A DNA stretch of 64,000 nucleotides from Rhizaria sp. SCN 62-66 (GCA_001724265.1 MEDY01000111.1:1-64000); one strand, 5' to 3'. Counted from the stretch's first letter, positions 1 to 12,504 are shown. Numbers and translations: made by a program. The notes: a model not told the origin generated them from the sequence alone.

Positions 1-918
1 GCCGCCGCCGCTGCCGCCGCCGCCGCCGCGAGCTCGGGCTCCGGCGGCGGCGCGGGCGGCGGCAGCGGCCGCGGCGCCGGCTCTGGCGGCGCGAGCGCGG
101 CGGTGGGCGTGAGCGCGGCGGCCGCAGCGGCGCTGGCGGCGAGTGCTGAGCCCGTCGACAGCGGACTCCAGCTGCACAAGGGTCTGCTGGCGCTTGCTGC
201 GGCGGCGGAGCGTGAGGCGGCCACGGTTGCCAGCGCAATCAGCACTTATCTCTTGCCTCATCCAGCGCCTGTGGCTGCGAGCGCGTTGCAGCAACAAGGC
301 GGCGCGGTAACGGCGATGAGCGATAGCGCTTCGGCCGCCGAACAGCAGCAGCCGCAGCCGCGGAGTGCCGTGACGTTCTCCGCGGGCGGCTTAACTTCTT
401 CCGTTGGCGGCCTGACTTTCGTGACCCCGCGCGTGGTGCTTCCCGCGTTGGCGACGGCCCTGTCCGTGCCCGCTCCCGGTGCTGCCTCTCGCGCCGCGGC
501 CGCGGCTGCGCGCGCGCGGCTGATGCTGCTGCCCGGCGAGGCGGCCGCGCGCGTGCTGGTGCCTGTGCCGCGGCTCCGCACGGCGGCCGAGGTCGCGCTC
601 GTGTGGCGCGTCAAGGTGGCGCAGCGCGCGGCCGCCGCGGTCGCGCTATCCCACTATAGCGCGAGTGCCAAAGAGCACAAGGATGCGAGTGGCAATGACG
701 TCAAGAGCGAGGCTGACGCGGCTGCTGGTGCTGTGAAGACTGAGGGCAGTGGCAAGGTTGAGGGTGAGGGTGTTGCTGACAAGAAGATGAAGAGCGAGAG
801 CGACGCGGGCGCTGACGTTTTGTTGCCGTCATCCTCGACGGGCTCATCCTCGACGGGCTCGAAGGCAATGAAGGACAGCGACGACGCTGACGACGACGCT
901 GACCGCAAGGGGCGCGGC

Positions 919-982
<64 letters not shown>

Positions 983-1131
983 CGAGCGCCGGTGCCAGTG
1001 CACTGAGCCCCAGTAGCGCCGGCAGCGCGCGTTCGCGTAGACTCGCGCTCTCGCCCTCGTCTTCGTCGTCGACTCTGCTGGCACATTCCCAGTCGCAGTC
1101 TCCGCGCTCCCTGCGCGTGCCCGCTCCCACA

Positions 1132-1172
<41 letters not shown>

Positions 1173-3480
1173 TAATAACAACAGCAACGCCACTGTGAGC
1201 GATGGCGCTAGCTCATCGAGCGCGTCGACCACGGGCTCTGTCGCTGCTCCCGCTGCTGCTGCACCTGCGCCCGCGAAGCGCGACTCCCCGCCTTCGCGGT
1301 GGGTGATGGAGCCGCCGCCGTTCGCGCTGCAACCCGCGCCGCTTCCGCTGCACCTGCTGCTGCCTCTGCCGCCGGCCGCGCGCGCCGCGTCGGCCGCGCT
1401 GTTGCCAACTCCGTACTTCGGCACCGTGCTGGGCTCGGCGCTCGCACAGGCACACCCGGGCGTCGGGCTCGATGGCACCGCGGTCGCCGCGCCTGCGCAG
1501 CTCGCCGCTGCCGCCGCCGCCGCCTCGGTTGCCGCCGCCGCCGCCAGCGCGCCCATCCTCGGGCCCGGCGCAGGCTCGGCCGCGGGCGACGCCGCCGTCG
1601 CGGGCGCGGCCGGCGCGTCGCCGCTCGCCGGCTCGGCCGCGGGCTCCGGCGCCGGTGCTGGGGCCGCCGCGGGAGCTGGTGGCGCCGCGGGCGGGGCGGG
1701 TGGCGCGGGCGGCGCGGGCGGTGGATGGGGCTGGGGCTGGGGTTGCGAGGACGACCTCACGGCCGCCTACGCCGCCACGGAGCCCGCGTTCCCGGTGACC
1801 GCGCGCAGCGGAGGCGTCTGGGGCAAGGTCGGCGGCGCGGCGGCTGCGGTCGAAGTGTCGCGCGCTCTGTTAGGCCTTCCGCGTGGCCCACACGCCGCCG
1901 TGCGCGCTCCACTCGCTTCTGCGTTCGCTGCCACAGTCTCAGCGCCGGACGCCGAGGGCGCCTCTGCGACCAACGCCTCCAGCGTGTGCTCTAGCTCTGC
2001 TGCCGCGACCGGCACAAGGGCGAACACGAGCTCTAAGGGTCGCACCACTGCAAGTCATGACTACGACGGCGCGCGCACGGTACCCGCGGCGACTGAGGCC
2101 GACGCCGCCGCCGTGGCCGCCGCCGCGGCGTCCGTCACCTCCGTCCTCACGGGCACTGGCGTGGTCGCCAACGCTGCGGGCAGCGTCGCCGGCGCCTCGG
2201 GGCCCGACGCTTTCCTGGCGACTACGGCGCACGTCGTCGCCGCCGCCGCGACGGTGCTGCCGCTGGCGCTGCCGGGCACCGCGTCCGCTGCCGCCAACGC
2301 CGCTGCCGCGTCCGCCGCCGCGCAGGCTGCCGCTGCTGCCGCGGCGGCGGCCCAGCCTCGAGGCCGCGGCATGGTCGCCGCGCGCGGCACCGCCGCCGCC
2401 GCGGCCGCGAACGCCGCCGCCGCCGCGAGTGCCGCCGCTACCGCCGCTGCGACCGCTCGCGCGGGCGCTGGCGCTGCTGGCCGTGGCGGCGGCCGTGGCG
2501 GCGCTCGCGCGGGCTCCGGCGCGGGCCGTCTCGACGGCTTCGGTGGGCTCGGCCTGGGGACGGACCCGCTCGCGCTAGGGCTGGGGTTCACGTTCACGCC
2601 CTCCGCGCTGGGCGCCGCCGACACGGGCGCCGGCGAGGCCGACGGCGGCGGCGGCGCGGCGGGCGAGGGCGGCGACGCGGCGGGCGGCGCGGGCGACGGC
2701 GGAGAGCCGGGCCCATTCTGCTACTGCGGCGGCCCTGCGTACGGCGAAATGGTCGGCTGCGAAAACGTGGCGTGTTCGCTCGAGTGGTTCCACTTCGCCT
2801 GCGTCGGGCTTGAAACCAAGCCGCGCGGCGCCTGGTACTGCGTCAACTGCGACCCCAAGAACAAGCGCAAGCGCGGGCCCAAGGCCGGCGCCAAGGCCAC
2901 GGCCACCGCGGCTGCCACTGCGGCAGCGGCGGCCGCGGCGGGCGCTGACGTGATGCTGGCTGCGCCGCTGCCGTTGACCGGTGCCGCGCTAGCTGTCGTC
3001 GAGGGCGCAACTGCTGCTGACTCCGCTGCAGCAACCAACGGCAGCGAGGCAGCTGCCGCGGCTGCGGCTGCTGCGGTTGCAGTGACGGCTGCGGCGCTCC
3101 CATCCGTTGTCACGAGCATTAGCGACTCTGCCGCGCCGTCCGACGCAGGTGACTCTACCGGTCTCAGCGGCGCTGAGATGAGCACGGACAGCACTGGGCT
3201 GCCGGTTGTCGGTGCGGGAGCGCCTGCGAAGAAGAAGCTTGGCCGTCCCCCGATGCCTGAGGCTGTGCGCGCACTGAAGCGCGCGCGCAAGGCGCAGGGC
3301 CTGACGGGCCCGCCGCCGCAGGAGGAGCTTGAGGCGGCGCACGCACTCGCGCTGCAGCAGGAGCAAGAGCAGCAGCAGGTGTAGGTAGCTACAGCGATGA
3401 TGCAGCAACAGCTGGCGCAAGCACAGTTGCAGCACCAGTAGGCAGGTTTCGAGAGCAGTAGCATGAATACTCAGCAATGA
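1..3480 (+). CDS. ING-family PHD-finger chromatin protein, Ala/Ser-expanded, 5'-partial. Ends at TAG 3384 under the standard code, or at TGA 3480 if TAG is sense.
   Basis: Frame is open from base 1. ING-type PHD finger FCYCGGPAYGEMVGCENVACSLEWFHFACVGLETKPRGAWYCVNC at ~2716-2850, followed by the NLS-like KNKRKR and an AT-hook-like KKKLGRPP at ~3229-3252. The Gln-rich frame continues through TAG 3382-3384 and TAG 3439-3441 to TGA 3478-3480, where AT-rich spacer begins. Confidence 0.85.
922..981 (+). repeat. (AGC)20 coding microsatellite, poly-Ser
   Basis: Perfect AGC run, in frame within the ING-like CDS. Confidence 0.95.
1135..1170 (+). repeat. (AGC)11-AGT coding microsatellite, poly-Ser
   Basis: AGC run followed by AAT/AAC poly-Asn codons. 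Confidence 0.9.
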
Positions 3481-3771
3481 AAACGTTTAATATGACTCAC
3501 AAGGATAATAACTTATGCAATACACACCTAATCCATATACTTCACTCATCCTATGTGGTTTTAAAACTTTGTTGTATTTGTCTGATAGTACTAATAAGAA
3601 TGAATTACACGTTCAATCATATAAACAACTCTTAAGAGCAGCTTGCGTACATCACAATAACACTTAACGGAATTAAACAATAAACATAGACAAAGCACTA
3701 AACTCGTCAGACTTTGAAGACACTACTATAAACAAAAAATAGAAACATATGTGCCATTTATGACACTTGCT

Positions 3772-6700
3772 TTACCATTGCTCGCCTTCGACTGCAGGAG
3801 CAGCGGGTGCGTTGCCGGCGTTGTTGCCGACTTCAACGTTGTTACAGTTGGACTCCTCGGTTAGGGGTGACAGCAGCATGGTGGACTTGCGACCCATCGT
3901 GGTGCGCCTGCGCCGGCAGTCCACGAAAGCCAGGGACACGCGCCGCGGTTGTCCCTTAGGCACCTGCATGTTCGCGCTCATGGCGTCACCGTCACCTGTC
4001 GCGGCAGCAGCTGCGTGCGCAGTCGCTCCTGATGCAGCCGCTGCAGTGCCGGACGCGGTGTGCGCGTTAGCGCTAAGCACCGACGCGGGACTGCAGAGGG
4101 GCGAGAGTTCGAGGAACAGCTCGGCCCTGTTGCTGCTACTGACGCCGACTCTAAGATCACTGTAGTTCTCGGCAGCGACTGTAGCCGTCTCACATGCGGG
4201 AGAGGGCGTTGCAGGAAAGCTTGACGGTGAGTCGAGGCATGCACCAGCCTGCAGCATGCGCGCGCGCGCAGCAGCGCTTGTTTCGGTAGCACTCGATGTT
4301 GCAACAGCAGCGGCGCCAGTGGTCGCGTTGCGGTCCGTGTGCTGCGTTGGAATGGCAACATCGTGCGCTAACGAAGTCAGCGCCGACCACGTGTCGTGTC
4401 CGACAGCATCAGCATCGGGTGCGCTGTCGTTGTTGTCAGCGCAGTCGTCGTCAAGCTCAAACTGGTGAAGTGCAGCCGCAGCGGCATTCGCAGCAGCGCT
4501 GTCGTTGTCAACAGTCAGTGCAGCATCATCAACAGTGGCATTAACGATGGCATTGGCAGCCTCAGCGGCAGGCGCAGTCACATCGGCAACATCATCAGCA
4601 GGGTCAATAGCAGCAGCATCACTGAGCACGTTGCTTTCAGTCACGGTGTTGTCGCCACTGCTGGTCGCACTGGCGTCATCGACAGCAAACGCGTTGAAAT
4701 CGCTACTGTTGACGCTGAAGTCAGCAAACGTAAACCGACGACGGGGCCGCAGCTGCAGGCGCTTGTCACCATTCTGCTGCTCATGCTCCTGCGCTAAGGC
4801 AGCCTGTCCATTCCGTGCCGCGCTGCCGAACCCGACAGAGTGGGCAATGCCAACGCTCAGGCGGCGCACGCGCGCGCCCACGGTCACGGCACTGACGCTC
4901 GCGCCTTGCGTCACGACGCGCCACGCGAGCGCCGCGCGCCGATTCGCCTCGCTGTACACGGCAGCGACGCGGGCAAATGCGGGCGCGGTCGCGTCGCGTG
5001 CAGCAGTCACGGTTGAGGCCGCACTGGCGCGTGCAGAGAGCAGCGGCATGAGAACCGTCGTCGACACGCGAGCACGCACAGCGGCGGCGTGTTCCGGTGC
5101 CAACGTAGAGGCGGCGCGCCAAACCAGCGCGGCGAACAGGACCCAGCGATAGTGGCGGGCGACCCAGTCCAGCGGACGCAGCGCGCGGTCGCCAGCGCGC
5201 GCCACGGCCACAGTCGCGCGGCGGACACTGCGGGCACAGTGGCGAACTGACGCGGCGGTGGACTGGGCAGTCAGCGCAAGCTTGCGGGTGACGGTGAGAC
5301 GAGCGCCTGCACCAACATTGGGAGCAGGGGCAGCAGCTAAAAGAAAAGATCATAATGAATGCAAATCAGAGGATGTTAGAATTTAGTGAACATGAATAAC
5401 GTGCATAGGATAGGATAGTAGTCGTAATGGTGTTTTGCGTACCAAGAGTGGCTGCAACAACCTCAGCAGGCGGCGCAGAGTGCGAGGCAAAGCCGGCGCC
5501 ACTAGGGGCAAATGTGAAGAGCGGCCGCGAGGGCGGCGGGAGCAGGCTGTGCGCGGCGGGGCCGATAGAGCGCGCCGTCAGCGTGGCAGCGGCATGGTTG
5601 CTAGACAGCACAAACGCCAAGAGCTCGCGCGCGGAGTGCTCCTGTGCCTGCTGCAGCGCCAGCGCCTTCATGCACACGACGTCAGCGGCGACAGCGGAGA
5701 CGGCGGAGCCCACAGCCGCCACAGCGGCATCAGTGGCCAGGCTCGCGTTGCTGCGCGCGAGACCGACAGCGTTGAGCATCAGCGCCTTGGCGGTAGCGAC
5801 GTTAGCGCCAACGCTGATGCTTCCGTTGTTGACGGCCGTTGCCACGCGCAGCGCGGCGGTGCACGCAGCGCCCGCAGCGGCGCCCGCGGCGGCGTTGGTC
5901 AAGCCCGTGTACAGCGCGTCCGCCGCGACCGCGATGCCGGCGCCCGAGCTGCCGCCCAGCGAGCCGTTTGCGGCCGCGGCAGCCAGAGGGGCGGCGGCGG
6001 TGAGCACAGCGGGCAGCACCAGGCCGAGCGAGACCGAAGCCGCTGCGGACGCCGCGCGCACCATAGCGGACGACGGCAGTGCCACGCTGGCGGCGGCGGC
6101 GCTCACGCCCGCGCTGGAGACAGTGGCGGACACGGCGCCGACACCGGCGGCGGTGGCGGTCGCGGCCGTTGCAGCGGCGGCGGCGGCGGGGGAGAGTCGT
6201 GCAGTCAGTACGGCTGCGGCTGCGGCGGAGGAGGCCAGGTGCCGCGCCGCGCCGGTCGCGCCGGGGACGGCGAGGGCCGCGCGGGAGACAACCTTGGCGA
6301 GCAGCAGCAGCGGCAGCAGCACGAGGCGCTGCAGACGCAGCAGGCGCGGGAGCAGGAAGAGGAAGGGGCGCGTGAGCGGGGACAGCGCGGCTGCGGGGGG
6401 GAACATGTACAGCAGCACGGGCAGCGCGCGCTTAGTCGTGGCAACCACGGCTGTAGCATTGGGTGGAAAAAGGAGCGATGTTAGCAAGGAAAATGATTTG
6501 TAAAACATGAAGTGATAAGAAATCTTACGCGTTGATGCTTGATGAGAGGTTCGACGTACAGGGGGCGAGCGCAAGCGCAGAGTGGCAGTGCTCGATCACG
6601 AAGCTCGTCTGCCTTAACACAAGCACGGCGACGGCACGGAACCGCGCTAGCGCGAGCAGTGCCTGCTTGAGCGGCGCGCCCGCAGCGAGCGCGGCGGCGG

Positions 6701-9458
6701 CGGTGGCGCGCGGGTGGTGCAACGCGGTCCAGCACGCGGGCACTGTAGCGCGAAGGTAGAGCAGCGCCATGGACACGCGCCGCAGCAACCGCACCGCGGC
6801 CCAGGCCTCGCGGCCGCGCGCGTACAGCTGTTGCAGCGAGGGTGGCAGGAGCAGCAGCAGCGCCGGCACGCGGGAACGCGATCGCGAGCGAGAGCGAGAC
6901 CGTGAGCGTGAGTGGGATGCAAGGCGGCGCCGCTTGTCTTCGTGCTCGCAGGCAGCTGCGTCGTCACTGGGGGCGCTGTGGCGATGGCTGTGGGATGCGG
7001 GGCGAGGCGGGACAGCGTCAACAGCGGCATTGTTGTCATTAGTTAAGGTTGGAGTGAGCGGAGCAAGGGATACAATGTCATTCTCTGCATCATCACTGTC
7101 ATTGTCGTCGTCTGCGGCGTCATCGTCAGTCTCCTCGTCCGCATCGGCAGTCTTGGTCCGGCGCGCAACGGCACCGCTGCCAACACTGCGGCGGCGGCTG
7201 TGCGCAGTCACGACGCTGAGCCGGCGGCGGCCGCTGCTGTTGCTGCCCGTGTACGACAGACGGCCGCTGGGGCCGTGGCTGGGGCCAAGCGCCCCCACCG
7301 TGTCGCCGTCCTCCTCTCCGTCCTCACCGTGACCGCCAGTAGCGTTCGCCTGAGACTTTGTGGCGTATGCAAGGCCGCGGACAAGTGCAGCCCGTGCCGC
7401 ACCGGCAGCGGCGGACGCGGCGGCAGAGGCGGCGCGCGCGGCGGCCAGCGATGCGGGTGAGGCGAACACGTTCTTGACGAAGGCGCGGACCTTCGCTGGC
7501 GACCGCACGGAGTCCAGCGCGGCGGCCACGGCGGGCCCACCCCAGGCCGACGCCGCGGCAACCGCAGAGGAGACCGCGCCGCCCGCCGTCGCCGCGGCAG
7601 AGGCGGGCGCGGGGTGCGGCGTGGCCGGGGAAGACGGTGCGAGGGAAGAGAGAGGAGAAGAGAGCAGAAGCGTGGTCTTGTCAGCGCCGATGCTTGCATC
7701 ACCAGCAGCGCCGCCCGAGAGGCCTGATTCCGGAGCGGCGGCGGCGGCTGAGAATTGTGAGAACTGCGAGAAGGCGGAGCAGCACGGCGACGGCAACGCT
7801 GGCAGCGATTGGCGTTCGCGATCGTACTGAGTGGTCTGCTAAGGCTGCTGTTGCTGCTGCTCCGTGCAGTCAGTCTCAAACGCGGTGAGCAGCGATGCAG
7901 GGTCCTCCGCGTCATCGCTCTGCGCCATAGACTCCGTCGTAGCAGCTGAGGGCCCAGAACCAGAATGCGCCGCAACCGCGGGAGCGCTGGGCACAGCGGC
8001 CGGGGAAAACGGGGTCGCAAACCGAAGCCGGCTGCCGTGCTACTGCTTCAGAGCGTTCGCGGCGCTCACCGCCGTGCTTGCACTCGCAGTCACATGGCTG
8101 TTGCTCAACGGTTCATCATCAGAAATTGTGCTTTCGGCATGGCCCTTAGATGGTGTAAGTACCTGCGCCGGTTGGGGCGACATAACGCTGAAACTGCGCT
8201 TACGCCGTGCACTCTTGCGCTTCGCCGCGCTCTCGCCTCTCACCGTGGGCTTAGCAATGGGCGTGGGGGCGGGCGACAGCGCGCGCAAAGCTGCGGCGGC
8301 AGCGGAGCTCACCGCTGAGCTCACTGCAGCCGCGGCGAACGCGCCGCCGCGCCGCAGCAGCGGCGACGAGTGGCTGTACAGAGCGCTCGCTGCGCCCGCG
8401 GTGGCGGACGCGGCGGAGGCGAGCAGCGACCCGGCCTGCACCGGTGCAAGCGCAGGCGCGGGAGTCACCGTCATGGGTTGCGTCGCAGTTGCAGCCGCCG
8501 TGGCGGTGGCTGTGGCGATCGGGGCGAGAGGGGGGCGCGTGCGGACGGGGGTCGATGGAGCCGCACTAAAAATGTTGCTGTGCTGAGGAGTTGACTGAAC
8601 GGCGTTCACTCGCACGGCGGTCACGGCGGCAGCCTCTGCAGCGGCGACGGCTTCAGCGGCGGCAGCGGCGTCGGCTGCGGCCGAGGCAGCGGCGAGAGCG
8701 ATGGCAACCGAGCTGTAGCAAGTTCTGTTGTCATTTTCCGACACAGTCTTAGACTCGATAACAGCGTCGTCAGTAGTGCAGGCAACTGTCGGCATTGCGT
8801 TGAGCGCAGCACTGCAAAGGTCACTGGTGTTGCCGGCATGGTTGTTGCCCAGAGGGCTGCTGTAGTTGTTGTTGCTGTCGTCGTTAATGGCGGCTGTGTC
8901 AACATCATCAGTGCTATCAATGGGCACATACATCACGTCGTCATGATTAGCGCCAGGATCAGCCACTGCAGCAGAGTCAGCCAGTGCACACACGTCTTTG
9001 CCTCCCTCTTGGCTCTCTGTGCTGCTCTTGCCGTTCGCGGCCGCTGCGTCGTCGTCGTCGCCGTCGCCCCAGAGCACCGCGAAGGACGACAGCATCGCGG
9101 TCACGCGGCGGCTCGAGCGGCGGCCCTTCTTCGCAGAAGCCGCGCTGTTGTCGCCCATCGTAGAGGGCGTAGCGCGGGGGTGGGGAAGCGCGAGGGGAGC
9201 GGGACTGGGCAGGCCGGCGCCTGCAGTAGCAGACGCGGGTGCAGTTGCGGAGGGTGTGGCAGTGCGAGCCTTGAGCGCGAACGAGGCCGGAAACGGGGAA
9301 AAGTGGTGTTCGGGTTCGTGCCGCTTAAACACTGGCGAGAAAGCCTTCCGCAGTTCCGCGGTGTGTGGCGTGCGGCTGAGACCCATGCTGAGACCGAGTC
9401 CGGCGCCGGGGGCGGCTTCGTTCTCGTTGGAGCTGCCCAGCTGCATGCGCGCGTCCAT
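3772..9458 (-). CDS. Large uncharacterised low-complexity protein with several hydrophobic segments (~1823 aa if the two in-frame TAGs are read through). Exons 9458-6560, 6450-5443, 5336-3772.
   Basis: ORFs 8040..9458 and 6525..7796 are in the same frame and separated only by TAG 8042-8040 and TAG 7841-7839. Introns 6559-6451 (GTACGT...GCTAAC...TACAG) and 5442-5337 (GTACGC...TTTTAG) join the downstream ORFs in frame (both phase 1). Ends in TAA at 3772. Contains an RS-repeat and hydrophobic stretches such as WVLFAALVW. Confidence 0.65.
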
Positions 9459-10020
9459 CTTTGTTAGCTCACAGAAGGGCGTATCAAGGGCTTATGGTTA
9501 TGTTTTTCTCACCAAACAAATTTAAATCTAGGGTAAAATAAGGTAGCCCAAGAAACAGTGATATCGGGTGAGTTTATATACCGTGGGAAGTGAACGGACA
9601 ATTAGGTGAGATCGAGGAAACGCGCTCATGTGATGGTTCCTGTTATTCAGCAGCCGCGAAGTTAAACATCCGTCGTTAGAAAATCAAAAGACATATCATA
9701 ACTTTCCGTTATTGATGAAATACATAGATATAATTATTTTCGCTATAAAATGTGATCATATGAGGCAGATAATCGAAACGCTTGTCCAACGGCTAGATCG
9801 CTTCGGTCAGGCGAGTTGACATACAGTATTTGTTTTCTTACATGTACGTCAACGCTACAGTTGTTGCCGGACTTGCACATCATTTTTGACATAGGTTTTC
9901 GATGAAACATAAATATAATTGATTTTTCCTGATTGCTCAAGCAACAAAATTTAATATAATTGTATGACAATTGTTCTGGCGTTTCTTCAATGGCTTGAAC
10001 AGGTTTGACCAAGTCTGACG
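9459..10020. promoter_or_regulatory. Divergent AT-rich intergenic region, probable bidirectional promoter
   Basis: 562 bp between head-to-head start codons at 9458 (-) and 10021 (+). No specific motif identified. Confidence 0.45.
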
Positions 10021-11488
10021 ATGTCATCAGACGCGTCATGGATTCGTTTTCTTACTGGTGGTACTGCCTCATGTCTCGCTGAAACTGTTACTCTGCCGGT
10101 AGACACAGCAAAGGTACATTATATATCATGATAACGCATATTATTCATTTGCCGACCCGACGTCCTTGCGTGCGTATCCGACATGATGTCAGGAGTCACT
10201 TCAAGTTGGCGAATGCATCAATCTCCACAGACTACTTCTCACCTCGTCGTTGAATCATATTCAAACTTTGTGCAAGTTCTGTTTAGGTACGCTTGCAAGT
10301 ACAGGCAGCGTTGGGTGCGCAGGGTCCGCGCTACGCAAGCGGCTGGGACTGCCTGAAGAGCGTCGTCAAGCACGAGGGCCCCAGCGCGCTGTTCAAGGGC
10401 CTGTCCCCGGCGCTGATGCGGCAGGCGTCATACTCGTCGTTGCGTATAGGTTTCTACGAGCCCATCCGCAACGTGCTTGCGCCAGGCACCGCTGCCAAGG
10501 ATATCTCGTTTGCCAAGAAGGCGATCGCGGGCGGCACCGCGGGCGCTGCGGGGATTGCCATCGCTAACCCCACCGAGCTCATCAAAGTCAGGTACGCAAT
10601 ATAGGAGCATTAACAGGTGATAAGAAAGACCATAGTGCAATTTGGCGCGAGCATACTTAACCTAGTGTTTACACGCTCATGCAACTTATCCTTGCTGATA
10701 TTATCTAAAATCTCCCCAGGATGCAGGCGGACAAGACCGGTCTGCGCTACCCCAACGGCGCCGTGCGGGCGCTCGTCTCTACTGCGCGCACTGAGGGCCT
10801 GCGCGCGCTCTGGCGCGGCGTCACGCCCAACATGCAGCGCGCGTACATCGTCAACGCGGCCGAGCTTGCAACCTACGACCACGCCAAATCCATCCTCATC
10901 TCGGCGCTCTCGTTGTCGCCGACGAGCGCGATCACCCACGTGGCGGCGTCTGTCGCGGCCGGGGCCGTGGCAGCGCTGTGCTCGCAGCCGGTCGACCTCG
11001 TCAAGAACAGGCTCATGAACCAAGCTGCCGCAACGACTACGGCGGCTGTTGCTACGCACAGCAACCTCGCCAGCGTTGTTGCTGCTAATCTGAATTGCAA
11101 CTCTGGAAGCGTTATCCTTAACGTCACAACAGCTGCGCATCTCGCCACCGCAACGCCGCTGCGCGCCACCAGCGTCGTCGCCGCACTCCCCGGTCTGGCC
11201 ACCGTTAATGCATCCCCGCCGTTTCCCGGCGCTGCGACCAGTTGTCTGCTGGCGACCGGGCGCGCCCCCACAGCAGTGGGCGTGAGCAGTGCGGTCGACG
11301 GTGGGGTGCGGTATAATGGTATGCTCGACTGCGCGGTCAAGACCGTGCGCGCGGAGGGTGTGGCGGGGCTCTACAGGGGAATCCTGCCGTACAGCTGCCG
11401 CATTGGGCTCTTTTGCGTGGTGATGTTTCCCGCGTACGAGCAGCTGCGCGCGCTGGGCGAGTGGAGCGTCGCGAGGGAACGGCTGTGA
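10021..11488 (+). CDS. Mitochondrial carrier (SLC25), uncoupling-protein/UCP4-UCP5-like, 388 aa. Exons 10021-10113, 10287-10591, 10720-11488.
   Basis: Splicing restores three carrier signatures: PVDTAK|VRLQ, PTELIKVR|MQ and PVDLVKNRLM. UCP-type PNMQRAYIVNAAELATYDHAK is present. Introns 10114-10286 (GTACAT..TTTAG) and 10592-10719 (GTACGC..CCCAG). Stop TGA. Exon 1 is absent from the ORF track. Confidence 0.92.
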
Positions 11489-12504
11489 GAGAGTACAAAG
11501 TTGCGATTCTTTGGTAAAAATAGAAAGATAGCAAAACTTCAAAAAACGTAATGAGTTTATACAATTTTCGTCTGTTTGCTCAAACAGTTGTTCTAAGTCT
11601 GAATTGTGTGCATATCAACTTGAAAATATTCCGATGCAATTCGGTGCAATCAAAGGATACAAATCTTAAGCAAGCTGACATATGGATGTGCTAATAAAGA
11701 AAGAAGAGACGGGGTGTAAAATATAAAATACATTTTAACGCGCCAATCCTCTTGACAACTCTTATTCGAATCAAAAGCCTAGGTTTACGGTGTTATATCC
11801 TTAATCTATATTGACCCGTCAACACGACGCAATCATGTATGTAACAGTAGCAAGTTGGCGTGGAGTCGAAATAGGCTGCTTTGTTGCATCCAAGCAATGC
11901 CCAAAACTAGAATCGCAGAGCCAAGTCAACGGCAGCACTACATAAGATAGATGCCACTGTTTCAGCGACATATGGCCCAAAACATGATCTAATGGAGGTT
12001 TAGCAAGGTGGGTCGGATCACCAATTTCAAAGTGTACACTTGAGAAACGATGATCTCCGAAATTTATCACACGACATATCATGTCAGCATAGATCCGACA
12101 CCTGAAACCGCATTAATAACTTGCAAGACGCCACTAAAAGTTTGACAAGAGTCTCAAACTGTGTTTTAGGAGGAGTGCACTGCAGGCGGTCAGCGACGTG
12201 GCACGGTATGCATTTCTTAAGAAGATACACACACCACAAGGTCCATCAACAAAACTTTGAGTACGATGTCCGGATTGAAAGTTACAGAAACTAACATCTG
12301 CTATTTTTACAATCTTATACAACTCGTTTTCAGTGCCCTACAGGAAACTCCTTCGTAGTCATCGCTTGAGTGCGCGGCCCTGGAGCGCCCCGCTTCTCCC
12401 ACCCTCTACAGAAACAGTTTCAACGCCTTTTAGAGCCCGCTCCTCGGAGCACGCACGCTGATTGCCCTAGCGCCTTCACATCTGCGCGCACGCGCCTGGA
12501 CAAC

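Noticed and set aside
6525-6530. GTAAG donor at 6528 for the first intron of the 3772-9458 gene
   Set aside because: It gives a frameshift and an early TAA; the GTACGT donor at 6559 preserves the frame.
11819-12322. Short minus-strand ORFs in the spacer, one ending in TAG (12136-12134)
   Set aside because: AT-rich with atypical codon usage and no motif; reading through the TAG hits TAA within seven codons.
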